From assembly GCA_041690595.1 (NCBI GenBank), contig JAWLHB010000012.1, positions 100,785 to 164,784 of the forward strand: a stretch of 64,000 nucleotides of DNA. Direction: 5' to 3'. This document shows positions 38,882-48,659 of this stretch, in pieces. This DNA is from Lentisphaeria bacterium. Lineage in GTDB: Bacteria; Verrucomicrobiota; Lentisphaeria; JABSQK01; JAWLHB01. The first letter of the stretch is position 1; every line of letters begins with the position of its first letter. Under the pieces are notes generated by a model, which ran no database searches, was not told the origin of the DNA, and saw only the letters and a program-made list of their open reading frames with translations. Made by a program: the position numbers and the translations under genes.

Positions 38882-40174
38882 ATGCCGCCACTAGTTGCCG
38901 CGGGAGGCGCCGATCAGGTGCTCACGCGTGAAGATAAGGAACGAGTCATCGCCGAAGCGCTGGAGCGCATCGGCGGGAATCCGCGTCGCGTCCTCCTCGT
39001 GCCCCCTGATTTTACGCGCGCCAATTCCGGGGCGGGTGAACTGACGGCGATTCTGTACGAGATGCTTTCGCCCACCGCCCACGTGGATATCCTGCCCGCC
39101 ATCGGGACCCATGTGCCGATGACGGCAAGCGAGATTGTGCGCATGTTCGGTGACGGTATTCCCCTGGATCGCTTTCTGGTCCACGACTGGCGCAACGCAC
39201 TGTCGCATCTGGGTACCATCCCCGGCGATCTCATCGCCGAATGGTCCGAGGGCAAGGTGGACTACCCCGTCTTCATCGAGGTCAACGAGCGTCTGGTGAA
39301 GGGGAGCTACGACCTGATCCTGTCAGTTGGCCAGATCGTGCCGCACGAAGTGGTGGGCATGGCCAACTACACGAAGAACATCTGCGTGGGCATCGGCGGG
39401 CGGGACACCATCAACAAGTCGCATTTCCTGGGCGCGGTTCATGGGATGGAACGGATCATGGGGCAGGCGGATTCGCCGCCGCGGCGGGTCTTCAATTATG
39501 GCTGCTCGGCCTTCATGGCGGAGCTGCCCATTTATTACCTGCTGACGGTGATGGAGCGAGATCCTGTCGCGAATCGGATGATGATGCGCGGCCTCTATGT
39601 CGGCAATGACGATGCGACCTTCGAGGAGGGGTGCCGCCTCTGCCGCAAGTGCAACATCAACCTGCTGGACGAAGCGCTTCACAAGGTGGTTGTCTACCTG
39701 GATCCCGAGGAGTTCAAGAGCACGTGGCTCGGCAACAAGGCGGTCTACCGTACGCGGATGGCGATCGCGGATGGGGGCGAACTGATCGTGCTGGCGCCGG
39801 CGCTGCGGGAGTTCGGTGAAGACCGGCAGATCGACAAGCTCATCCGCAAGTACGGCTACCGGACCACACCGGAGATCCTGGAGGCCGTCGAGAAGAACGA
39901 AGAGCTTCGCGAGAACCTCAGCGCGGCGGCGCATCTTATTCACGGCTCCAGCGAGAAGCGCTTCACCATCACCTACTGCCCCGGTCCCGGCATGTCGCAC
40001 GACGAAGTCCGCGCGGTCGGCTATAATGTCGCTGACCTGGATACGATGATGGAGCGCTACCCGCCGAGCAAGCTGCATGACGGGATGAACGAGCTGCCCA
40101 GCGGCGAGCGGGTCTTCTTCATCAGCAATCCGGCTCTTGGACTCTGGGCGCTCCGCAGCCGATTCAAGGATTGA
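38882..40174 (+). CDS. LarA/lactate racemase-domain (DUF2088) protein, probable sugar-acid epimerase
   Basis: PPDFTR, AIGTH, HDW, VPHEVVGMANYTKN and TWLGNK. Confidence 0.82.
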   Translation: MPPLVAAGGADQVLTREDKERVIAEALERIGGNPRRVLLVPPDFTRANSGAGELTAILYEMLSPTAHVDILPAIGTHVPMTASEIVRMFGDGIPLDRFLVHDWRNALSHLGTIPGDLIAEWSEGKVDYPVFIEVNERLVKGSYDLILSVGQIVPHEVVGMANYTKNICVGIGGRDTINKSHFLGAVHGMERIMGQADSPPRRVFNYGCSAFMAELPIYYLLTVMERDPVANRMMMRGLYVGNDDATFEEGCRLCRKCNINLLDEALHKVVVYLDPEEFKSTWLGNKAVYRTRMAIADGGELIVLAPALREFGEDRQIDKLIRKYGYRTTPEILEAVEKNEELRENLSAAAHLIHGSSEKRFTITYCPGPGMSHDEVRAVGYNVADLDTMMERYPPSKLHDGMNELPSGERVFFISNPALGLWALRSRFKD

Positions 40175-40790
40175 TCGATTCGTCGCTGACCAGCGTGATC
40201 TCGATCTTGCTGAGGAGCCGGCGCAGCTCGACATCGTCCTTGAGCAGGAGGATGATGTCCTGCCAGCGCTGCTGATTCTTCCAGACCGAGGGATTCCAGT
40301 GATAGGCCCTCTCGACAAAGGCTGGGCCGGTCACGCTGCCGGTCGTGTCGCCAATGCTGTAGCTGACCTCGAGAATGTTGCCGGGCTCATGGGGGAGATC
40401 CTTGAGATCGAGCACCCCTGCCTCGACAGCTTGCTGAAAGAGGCGCTTGCCCTTGGCGATGTCGATGAGGTCTTCCTTGCTGAAGTGGATGATGCGCAAC
40501 TCCTTGTCGTTCTTGAGTTTCCAGCCACCGCCTTCCGGCAGGTCGGCATCTCCCTGAGGACGCAGAATGCGGATGGTGTTGCGACCATCGCCATGGAGGA
40601 GGAGTTCCTGGTAGACGTTCTTATCCTCCACTTCGTTGAAGCGGAAGGTGATCGAGTCGCCTGGGGCGATGGTCGCCGGCTGGGTAGCCGTCATCGGCAT
40701 GTAGAGCGGATGAAAGGCGTAGGCAGCAACGGCCAGCACGACAATTCTGACGATCCAGCGAGTGGATGCTCCGGACGACTTCTCTGACAT
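40164..40790 (-). CDS. Hypothetical protein with N-terminal membrane anchor
   Basis: 208-aa ORF, GAGG RBS, N-terminal hydrophobic helix. Confidence 0.7.
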   Translation of the reverse strand: MSEKSSGASTRWIVRIVVLAVAAYAFHPLYMPMTATQPATIAPGDSITFRFNEVEDKNVYQELLLHGDGRNTIRILRPQGDADLPEGGGWKLKNDKELRIIHFSKEDLIDIAKGKRLFQQAVEAGVLDLKDLPHEPGNILEVSYSIGDTTGSVTGPAFVERAYHWNPSVWKNQQRWQDIILLLKDDVELRRLLSKIEITLVSDESINP

Positions 40791-40908
40791 AGCTTTACCT
40801 CATACGGGAATACAGGGGCAGGATGGAAAGCCCAAACGTATCATCTGTGCACGGGAATGCAACGTCAAGAAATGTCGCATTCCTGACGGTTGCGCCGTGC
40901 CAAAATGG

Positions 40909-40948
40909 TGCAACATAAGTTGACAACCGATGAGCTGATGGCTACTAT
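40909..40948 (+). promoter_or_regulatory. Sigma70 promoter TTGACA-N17-TACTAT with dyad CAAC-N4-GTTG overlapping the -35 box
   Basis: -35 at 40920-40925, -10 at 40943-40948; dyad at 40911-40922. Confidence 0.6.
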
Positions 40949-40984
40949 TGCAGGAAAACAGAGCGAGCAGGTGGTGAGGGAAAG

Positions 40985-42454
40985 ATGAATCAACCGTTGC
41001 GTATCGAGTATACGGGTACCTTTAATTCTCTTCTGGTCATCGACGATGACCAGGCGACGCGCATGTACATTTCCAAGGTACTGGAGCGGAAGGGGTTTCA
41101 GGTCCAGCAGGCCAACTGCGGCCAGGCGGCTCTGGCGCTGCTCGAAAGCTTTATCCCCGATCTGATCCTCCTCGATGTGGTCATGCCCGAGATGGATGGT
41201 TTCGAGACTTTTACGCGCATCCGGGATTTGCCACACCTGCGGAAGACGCCCATCATCTTTGTCACCGCGATGGAAGATCAGCGGACCATCTACCGCATCT
41301 TCGAGAACGTGGAGACGGACTATGTAGGTAAGCCGGTGCGGGAGAACGAGTTGCTGGCCCGCATCCAGCTTCACCTTGAGCTGCGGCGCAAGGCCGTCGA
41401 GAACGACGAGCGGTTGCAGGAGATCTATCACCTGCGCGAGCATCTGCTCAGCGGCAAAGTAAACATGCCGGAAGCTTTCAAGGCGATCATCACCCGCGAT
41501 CAGGTGATGTACTCGCTCTTTCAGTACGCCGAGTCCATTGCCGTGACCTCCTGGCCGGTTCTGATTACGGGCGAAACGGGAACCGGCAAGGAACTGGTGG
41601 CACATGCGCTGCACGAACTGAGCGGGCGCGGCAACCATGCCTTTGTCCCGGTCAACGTCGCCGGGCTGGACGACAACATGTTTGCCGATACGCTCTTCGG
41701 CCATACACGCGGCGCCTTCACTGGCGCTGACGCGGAGCGGCGCGGGTTGATCGAACAGGCCAGCAAAGGCACGCTCTTTCTCGACGAGATCGGAGATCTG
41801 GAGCAGCAATCGCAGGTAAAGCTGCTGCGCCTGCTTCAGGAGCGCGAGTATTATCCTCTGGGTTCCGACGTGCGCAAGGTGACCGATGCACGTGTCGTGG
41901 TGGCGACCAACCGCCCACTGGAAGAGATGTTGCGCGAGGGGCGCTTCCGCCGCGATCTCTACTACCGCCTGAGAACGCATCATCTGCATCTGCCTCCGCT
42001 GCGCGAGCGGCGCGGTGACCTGCCTCTGCTCCTCGATGCCTTTGCAGGTGAGGCGGCGCGTCAACTCAAGCGGGCGGCGCCGGTCTGCGATCAGGAGGTC
42101 ATCAGCCTCCTCAAGCGCTATGATTTTCCCGGCAATGTGCGTGAATTGGAATCGATTGTGATCGATGCGGTGAGTCGTGCCACCAACGGCAATCTCAGCG
42201 CGGAGTTGCTTCGCCAGTGCATGACCACCAGCGCGGCCTTCGCGGAGGCGCCTGAGGTGCCCGGCGAGCGCGACGACCTTTCGCTGGAGAGCTATCTGGA
42301 GGAAGAGTTTCCAACGCTCAAGGAGATGAACGAGATCCTCATCGAGAAGGCGCTGCAACGCACGGACGGCAACCAGACGAGTGCCGCCAAACTGCTCGGC
42401 ATCAGCCGCCAGGCGCTCAACAAGCGGCTGAAGCGCGGTGATAGCAGCGCGTGA
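40985..42454 (+). CDS. Sigma54-dependent response regulator (REC-AAA+-Fis HTH)
   Basis: LLDVVMP receiver, GETGTGKE, GAFTGA, FLDEIG, FPGNVREL and C-terminal HTH. Confidence 0.95.
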   Translation: MNQPLRIEYTGTFNSLLVIDDDQATRMYISKVLERKGFQVQQANCGQAALALLESFIPDLILLDVVMPEMDGFETFTRIRDLPHLRKTPIIFVTAMEDQRTIYRIFENVETDYVGKPVRENELLARIQLHLELRRKAVENDERLQEIYHLREHLLSGKVNMPEAFKAIITRDQVMYSLFQYAESIAVTSWPVLITGETGTGKELVAHALHELSGRGNHAFVPVNVAGLDDNMFADTLFGHTRGAFTGADAERRGLIEQASKGTLFLDEIGDLEQQSQVKLLRLLQEREYYPLGSDVRKVTDARVVVATNRPLEEMLREGRFRRDLYYRLRTHHLHLPPLRERRGDLPLLLDAFAGEAARQLKRAAPVCDQEVISLLKRYDFPGNVRELESIVIDAVSRATNGNLSAELLRQCMTTSAAFAEAPEVPGERDDLSLESYLEEEFPTLKEMNEILIEKALQRTDGNQTSAAKLLGISRQALNKRLKRGDSSA

Positions 42455-42473
42455 CCGGGTTACTGGCGCTTGG

Positions 42474-42836
42474 TCAGGCCAGCCGCGCCATGATATCGGT
42501 CAGCAGTGTTTCATCAACAATGGGCTTGGCGAGATAATCGTCGAAGCCTTCGGCCAGGAACATTTCGCGATCCCCAGCCATGGCGTGGGCGGTAAAGGCC
42601 ACCACCGGTAAGGTGCTGAGTTCCGCGTCCTGACGAATGTCGTGAAGGACCTCGACCCCATCCTTGCCGGGCAGGGAGATGTCCAGCAGGACGACGTCGG
42701 GGCGCTTTCGCCGGAGCCCCTCAAGGCCTTCGAAACCATCCGTGTAGGTATCGATATCAAAAGTGCGGCGAAGCAGGGCGCTGACGATCAGCCGGTTATC
42801 GGCGTTGTCCTCGATCAGGGCGATGGTCTTCTTCAT
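42474..42836 (-). CDS. Single-domain response regulator
   Basis: IEDN, LLDISLP, TAHAM and YLAKP. Confidence 0.92.
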   Translation of the reverse strand: MKKTIALIEDNADNRLIVSALLRRTFDIDTYTDGFEGLEGLRRKRPDVVLLDISLPGKDGVEVLHDIRQDAELSTLPVVAFTAHAMAGDREMFLAEGFDDYLAKPIVDETLLTDIMARLA

Positions 42837-43186
42837 GAGATGAGATGTACCTCGAGGGCTTCGGTGGCATCCCTGGCGGCGTCGGAGAGGAGCACGAGCA
42901 TCTCCTGGAGCCCTTCAGCCTGACCGCCGCGCGCCTGCTTCTCGAACTGAATGACCAACCGTTCCAAGCGGCTGCACCCCAGATTACCGGCGCTGGAGCG
43001 CATGGCGTGCACGATGTCGGCAGCCTGGCGCAGATCGGCGGATTCGAGGGCGCGGCCCACCTGTTCGAGGCGGCTGGGCGTTTCCCGCAGAAATAAGGTC
43101 ACCAGTTGCCCGAGCATATCCTTGCCGCCCCATTGTACGATGCGGCTGAGTGCTTCTTCGTTCAGGTGGGGGCAATTGTCCTGCAT
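42833..43186 (-). CDS. Hpt (histidine phosphotransfer) domain protein
   Basis: VHAMRSSAGNLG motif; stop overlaps the response regulator start. Confidence 0.85.
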   Translation of the reverse strand: MQDNCPHLNEEALSRIVQWGGKDMLGQLVTLFLRETPSRLEQVGRALESADLRQAADIVHAMRSSAGNLGCSRLERLVIQFEKQARGGQAEGLQEMLVLLSDAARDATEALEVHLIS

Positions 43187-43441
43187 GCTGGTGGAAGTGT
43201 CCTGCAATGGAAAGTCCTCGTTTTCCCATACTATAGCCAGTCGAAAGCGACTGACAATGCGTCCCTCGAATTCCTCACGCGGTGGCGCCAGCCTCATCGC
43301 GGTATTTGGTGCGGAAGAGGCAGAGAACAACCTTCTCTTTCCAAAGAATCGCTTGCAAGCTGCAGTTTGACAAGTCATCGTAGATCATGCACGCAATACT
43401 TTGGAGTGGGTCATGTGTTCGCTCAACGCGGAGTTCGGATA

Positions 43442-45115
43442 ATGGTTGACGGAGACGAAAAAACCCCGGAAGATGAGGGTCAGAGTGCCCGTGATGAGGC
43501 TCAGGAGAACCTGCTGCATCTGGCCTACTTCGAGCGGAGGCTAAATCACTTTGTCGCGAAGTGCCGCGAGTTGGAGTCGGATCCGTATCTGCGGCAGAAT
43601 GCGGCGATCAGCCATGAGATCAAGACGCTGTGTGATGCCTACCGTGCGGTGATCCCCGCGCTGCGCTCCAAGGTCGATCAAGGCAGCATGGAATCGGCGT
43701 CCAGAAACGCGGGCAAGGATCTGCGCGAGATACTGGACAATCTGAATAATTATGGCATGTGGCTGCGGTTGGATAGTTACTTTTCCGCCGCGACGCGAGA
43801 ACGGGTGCTGAATCTGCGGGATCTGGCGGAATCCATCTGCACCGAGTTGGTGGAGCCTTCCCGGATTGAGGAGAGGAAGCTCGATGAACTCCTGCTCGAG
43901 TTGGATGAGTCGGCCCCAGCGCTCCCCGCCGATGGCGATGAAAAGGAGCTGCCACCGGAACGCCAGCCCACTCGCCGATCGCGGCGCCCCGGCAGTGCAC
44001 TGCCGCAGACGGTCAAGTCGAAGCGTACCCCGATCTCGCCGACCGCGCAAGGGCCGGTAGAAACCGCGAGGCCGGACGATCAGGAGACGGGAGAGGAGAC
44101 TCTCAACCTGCGTCGCCTCGGCTCGACGAGCCACAATCTCGAGCTGAGCGAGCGCGGCGTTCGCTCCCGTGAGGTACTATTGCCCCCCATGCCGATAGTG
44201 GAGAGCAGCCGGCGCAAGCAGCTGCGCAACGCAGTCCACTGGCTGAAACTGATCGTCCTCGGCGTCTTGATCCTCGCACTCCTGACAGGCATCTTCCTCG
44301 GCGTGCGCATGGCCTGGCAGCATTTCGGCGGAGGCGGGCCGGCAGGCGTCATGCCGCTGGAAGCGGAAGCTCTGGCACGCAACGGGCTCGGCGCCATCGA
44401 TAAGGCGCTGCCGGAGGCCATGGCGGCGGAGACGGACCTTTCGCGGCGCAGGGTGCTCCTGGCAGCGGCGCTGACCAGACGCCTGCATGATCCGGCTGCC
44501 GAGCTCACGCCCGATCAGCGTAACGATTTGAAGGCCAGGATCGTAAGTATCTTTGTGGAGCTGGAGCCGATGCCAACGACGCCGGAGACATCCTGCATCA
44601 TCGGGGATTTCTGCCGTCAGGAGGCAAAAAGGGGAGCACACCAGCAGTTGCAGGCGCTACCGCCCTTCCCAGAGGAAGAGGTGCTTGCCGCAGCCAGGCA
44701 GAAGTACCCGTTCTACAGGATCGGGGAGCAGATCGAGGTGCTCTATCAGCTCAATCCGCAACGGATACTGAGCTGCAAGGGGGAATTCAAGGGACGTGAG
44801 GGCGATGACATTCTGGTGGGTGACAAACGCATACCGATCCAGTCCGTGGCGTCGGAATCATCCTTGGAGCTGATGCGTTTCGACCAGCAGCGTTCGGAGA
44901 CCATGCAGCGCAAGTATGTGGAGCAGCAGAAGGCGGAATACGAGAAGCGGATAGCGGCCAAGGGTGAAGAGGTGTATGCGCGGCAGCTGCGCGCACAACT
45001 CGATGTGGCCAAGCGGGTTAACGAGGCCAGCGGCTATATCTACCGCGACAAAGCCTGGTACAGCTTGCCGCAGTTGGTCGATGCGTTATTGTTGGCCGGC
45101 GTTGACGCTCATTGA
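43442..45115 (+). CDS. Hypothetical single-pass membrane protein
   Basis: Long ORF with helical N-domain, disordered linker and central TM (LIVLGVLILALLTGIFLGV). Confidence 0.7.
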   Translation: MVDGDEKTPEDEGQSARDEAQENLLHLAYFERRLNHFVAKCRELESDPYLRQNAAISHEIKTLCDAYRAVIPALRSKVDQGSMESASRNAGKDLREILDNLNNYGMWLRLDSYFSAATRERVLNLRDLAESICTELVEPSRIEERKLDELLLELDESAPALPADGDEKELPPERQPTRRSRRPGSALPQTVKSKRTPISPTAQGPVETARPDDQETGEETLNLRRLGSTSHNLELSERGVRSREVLLPPMPIVESSRRKQLRNAVHWLKLIVLGVLILALLTGIFLGVRMAWQHFGGGGPAGVMPLEAEALARNGLGAIDKALPEAMAAETDLSRRRVLLAAALTRRLHDPAAELTPDQRNDLKARIVSIFVELEPMPTTPETSCIIGDFCRQEAKRGAHQQLQALPPFPEEEVLAAARQKYPFYRIGEQIEVLYQLNPQRILSCKGEFKGREGDDILVGDKRIPIQSVASESSLELMRFDQQRSETMQRKYVEQQKAEYEKRIAAKGEEVYARQLRAQLDVAKRVNEASGYIYRDKAWYSLPQLVDALLLAGVDAH

Positions 45116-45339
45116 AGTTTTGCCTCAAGGATGCATGGTAACCGGCACCCCAAAAAGTCGCTGAACGAGGACTTCCCGCTTTCCGAGAACAGGAAGCTGT
45201 ACTACATGTACAACTTCGCCGACTGCGCTCTTGAGCCTTTGAGCAGGCTTGCCTTACGGGTTGCGGCGTGGTATATCTACCATTCGCTTTTGCGCTGCCT
45301 GGGGGAACATAATCACGCGCCGCCAAAGGGCTTTTAGGT

Positions 45340-47040
45340 ATGCTGGATCGCGCTAAACTATGGCCATGGACCAAGGGCTATTCCACCGTCGGCTTCAGGG
45401 GAGACCTGACGGGCGGACTGGCGGTTGGCGTGATGCTGATTCCACATGCCATGGCCGTTGCCATGATCGCGGGGCTGCCGCCGATCGTCGGTCTTTATGC
45501 GGCAGTGGGCGCCCTCCTCTTTTTTGTTCCTTTTGCGACCTCGCGGCGATTGACGGTCGGCCCGGTGGCTCTGGACTCGCTGCTGGTGCTGGCAGTCCTG
45601 ACGCAGCTCTACGAGCCGGGCTCGAACGATTACGTCATCAAAGCGGCAGCGCTGGCGGCCATCGTGGGGGCGCTCCAGGTCGGGCTTGGACTGGCGCGGC
45701 TGGGTTTTCTGGTCAACTTCCTGTCGCGGCCGGTGTTGAGCGGTTTCATGCTGGGTGCTCCCTTCATCATCGGCCTGGCGCAGCTCAAGCACCTGGTCGG
45801 GATCGAGCTGCCGCAGAGCCAGCAGATCTATCTGGTGCTGGCCGGCGCGGCGCGGAATCTGGGGGATATCCACTGGCCCACCTTCGCCGTGGGAACCAGC
45901 GGCATTCTGATACAGGTTGCCCTGCGGAAGTGGAAGCCGATGTGGCCGGACATCCTCATCATGGTGGTGCTTATGAGCATCGGCTGCTGGGCCTTCGGCT
46001 GGCAGGATTCCGGCGTGGCCGTAGTAGGGCAAGTGCCGGCCGGACTGCCGATGCCGAAGCTGCCCATGGTGACCCTGGCGGAGATCTGGCGTATGCTGCC
46101 GAGTGCCTTTGCCATCGCCATCATCGGCTACATGGAAGGCATTGCCATCGCCAAGGTCTTCGCGCAGAAGTATCAGCACCGCCTCGATGAGAACCGCGAG
46201 ATGGTGGCGATCGGCATGGGCAACCTGGGGGCGAGCCTCTTTCGCGGTTACCCGATCGGCGGGAGTTTTGCCCGGACGGCGGTCAACGACCAGGCGGGGG
46301 CGCGGACCCCTCTCGCCAACCTGATTGCGGCCATTGTCGTCATCTTCACCCTCCTCTTCCTCTCCCGCCTCTTCTACTTCATGCCAAAGGCGGTACTTGC
46401 GGCGGTGGTCATCGTCGCGGTCAGCAAGTTCGTGAATGTAGGGCCGATACGGGCGCTCTTTCACATCAAGCGGTCGGACGGCCTGCTGGCGATAGCGACC
46501 TTTGTCGCGACCCTGAGCCTTGGTGTGCTCTGGGGATTGACGATCGGCGTCGTCGCCTCGATCATTCCCACGCTGATGCGACTGGCGCGGCCGCACGCGG
46601 TGGAGTTGGGGTTGATGCCGGATGGCCGGGAGTATCGCGATCTGGCGCGGAACCGCGGTGCGGTGCGGCTTCCCGGCATCGTGCTGCTGCGAGTCGATGC
46701 CTCCTTCTGCTTCCTGAACGCCGGCTTTCTGCGTGACAAGATCCACGACATGACACTCGACCGCGACGTTCGCGTCATGATTATCGATGCGTCCAGCATC
46801 AACGATCTCGACAGCACGGCCTTCGACGTACTGGAAAGGGTGGTCGAATCCTTGCAGGATCGGGGCATTCACCTGTACATTACCGGGGTGAAAGGGCCGG
46901 TGCGCGATATTCTCAAGCGCGGTAGACTGTGGGAGAAGATCGGCCCCAGCCACTTCTATCTCAATCCCCATGCCGCCGTCCAGCACATTCGTCACTACAC
47001 CGACCTCTTGAGTGAGTGCAGCGCCGGCGCCGGTATCTGA
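45340..47040 (+). CDS. SulP family anion transporter with STAS domain
   Basis: DLTGGLAVGVMLIP, NFLSRPVLSGF, GSFARTAVN and STAS DASSINDLDST. Confidence 0.95.
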   Translation: MLDRAKLWPWTKGYSTVGFRGDLTGGLAVGVMLIPHAMAVAMIAGLPPIVGLYAAVGALLFFVPFATSRRLTVGPVALDSLLVLAVLTQLYEPGSNDYVIKAAALAAIVGALQVGLGLARLGFLVNFLSRPVLSGFMLGAPFIIGLAQLKHLVGIELPQSQQIYLVLAGAARNLGDIHWPTFAVGTSGILIQVALRKWKPMWPDILIMVVLMSIGCWAFGWQDSGVAVVGQVPAGLPMPKLPMVTLAEIWRMLPSAFAIAIIGYMEGIAIAKVFAQKYQHRLDENREMVAIGMGNLGASLFRGYPIGGSFARTAVNDQAGARTPLANLIAAIVVIFTLLFLSRLFYFMPKAVLAAVVIVAVSKFVNVGPIRALFHIKRSDGLLAIATFVATLSLGVLWGLTIGVVASIIPTLMRLARPHAVELGLMPDGREYRDLARNRGAVRLPGIVLLRVDASFCFLNAGFLRDKIHDMTLDRDVRVMIIDASSINDLDSTAFDVLERVVESLQDRGIHLYITGVKGPVRDILKRGRLWEKIGPSHFYLNPHAAVQHIRHYTDLLSECSAGAGI

Positions 47041-47071
47041 ACAGCCTTGCAGCCAGAGAGTCAACGGCCCT

Positions 47072-48652
47072 ATGCCCAAGAAGAGCACCTTTCCCGGATC
47101 CGACGCGCCGATTGTCGTGCGCAACGCCCGCCTCGACGAAGCCGAAGCGATCAGCGAGTTCACCAACCGTATCTATCGCGCGCACAACACCGTCGGGTAC
47201 CAGGCAGGCATGATCCGTGGGCAGATCACCCGCTTCCCGGAAGGTCAGTTCGTGGTCGAGCAGCAGGGGCGAATCATCGGCTACTGCGCCACCTTCTGCA
47301 TTTCCGGAAAAATGGCCCTGAAGCCGCACACCTGGGTGGGCATCACCGGGAATGGATTTGCCTCGCGCCACGATCCGGAAGGTGACTGGCTGTACGGCAT
47401 GGAGGTCTGCGTCGACCCGGAGTTTCGAGGCTACCGCCTTGGGCAGCGGCTCTACAACGAGCGGAAGAAGCTCTGCACGGAGCTGCGGCTGAATGGCATT
47501 GTCATTGCCGGGCGCCTGCCATCGCTGCATCGGCGCATCAAGGAAGTGGAATCGGTGGAGGCCTTCGTTCAGGGCGTACAGGAGCGGCGCTTCCGCGACC
47601 CGGTACTCTACTTCCAACTGCGCAATGGCTTTCAGTTTCAGGGTGTGCTGGAGAACTACGATCCGTCGGACCGAGAATCTCTCGGCCATGCCGCCCACCT
47701 GATCTGGCGCAATCCCGACGTGCCGCAGGACGAACTCGAGCCCAGGCCGAGTCACACCCCACGCACGCAGGACGTGGTGCGCGTCGCCTCCGTTCAGTAC
47801 GAGCAGCGGCGGGTCTCCTCCTTTGACGAGTTCGTCTCGATGGTCGAGTACTTCGTGGATGTCGCCGCCGACTACAAGGCAGACTTTGTCGTTCTACCGG
47901 AGCTCTTCTCGCTGCAACTGCTCTCCATGGAGGACAACGAGCTTACCCCTCGTGAAGCGATCGAGGCGCTGACCAAGTACACGCCCCGCCTGGAGAAGGC
48001 GCTGCGCGACATGGCAATCCGCTTCAATGTCAATCTGATCGGCGGCTCCCATCCTACCCGCATGCCGAACGGTCGCGTGGAGAACATCTGCTACGTCTGC
48101 CTGCGTGACGGCACCGTCCACGTGCAGCCGAAGATCCACCCCACCCCGAACGAAGTCTACTGGTGGAACATCGAAGGTGGCGACGATCTGCGCGTGATCG
48201 ACACGGACTGCGGGCCGATCGGCGTCCTCATCTGCTACGACAGCGAGTTCCCGGAGCTCGGGCGCTATCTGGTGGACCAGGGCGCCAACATCATCTTTGT
48301 CCCCTTCTGTACAGACGAGCGGCAGAGTTACCTGCGGGTACGCTACTGCTGCCAGGCGCGCGCGGTGGAGAACCAGTGCTACGTGGTGCTCTCCGGCAAC
48401 GTCGGAAACCTGCCGCGCGTGGCCAACATGGACATCCAGTACGCTCAGAGCTGCATTCTCACGCCCTGCGATTTCCCCTTTGCGCGGGACGGTATCGCCG
48501 CCGACTCCACCCCCAATGTGGAGACGGTCATCTTCGCCGATCTGCGCATCACGTCGCTGCGTGAAGCGCGCAGTTCCGGCACGGTGCGCAACCTCAAGGA
48601 CCGGCGCCACGAACTCTATCGCACCCAATGGCGGGCCGCTCCCGGCACCTGA
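47072..48652 (+). CDS. Bifunctional GNAT acetyltransferase / carbon-nitrogen hydrolase
   Basis: GNAT VDPEFRGYRLG; nitrilase triad LPELF, QPKIH and ICYD. Confidence 0.92.
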   Translation: MPKKSTFPGSDAPIVVRNARLDEAEAISEFTNRIYRAHNTVGYQAGMIRGQITRFPEGQFVVEQQGRIIGYCATFCISGKMALKPHTWVGITGNGFASRHDPEGDWLYGMEVCVDPEFRGYRLGQRLYNERKKLCTELRLNGIVIAGRLPSLHRRIKEVESVEAFVQGVQERRFRDPVLYFQLRNGFQFQGVLENYDPSDRESLGHAAHLIWRNPDVPQDELEPRPSHTPRTQDVVRVASVQYEQRRVSSFDEFVSMVEYFVDVAADYKADFVVLPELFSLQLLSMEDNELTPREAIEALTKYTPRLEKALRDMAIRFNVNLIGGSHPTRMPNGRVENICYVCLRDGTVHVQPKIHPTPNEVYWWNIEGGDDLRVIDTDCGPIGVLICYDSEFPELGRYLVDQGANIIFVPFCTDERQSYLRVRYCCQARAVENQCYVVLSGNVGNLPRVANMDIQYAQSCILTPCDFPFARDGIAADSTPNVETVIFADLRITSLREARSSGTVRNLKDRRHELYRTQWRAAPGT

Positions 48653-48659
48653 GCCCAGC

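Noticed and set aside
40885..40905. Sigma54 promoter (TGGCAC on minus strand)
   Set aside because: No TTGC -12 element at the required spacing.
45131..45337. 68-aa ORF with coding-like codons upstream of SulP
   Set aside because: No recognisable motif and only a weak RBS; possibly a remnant but unsupported.
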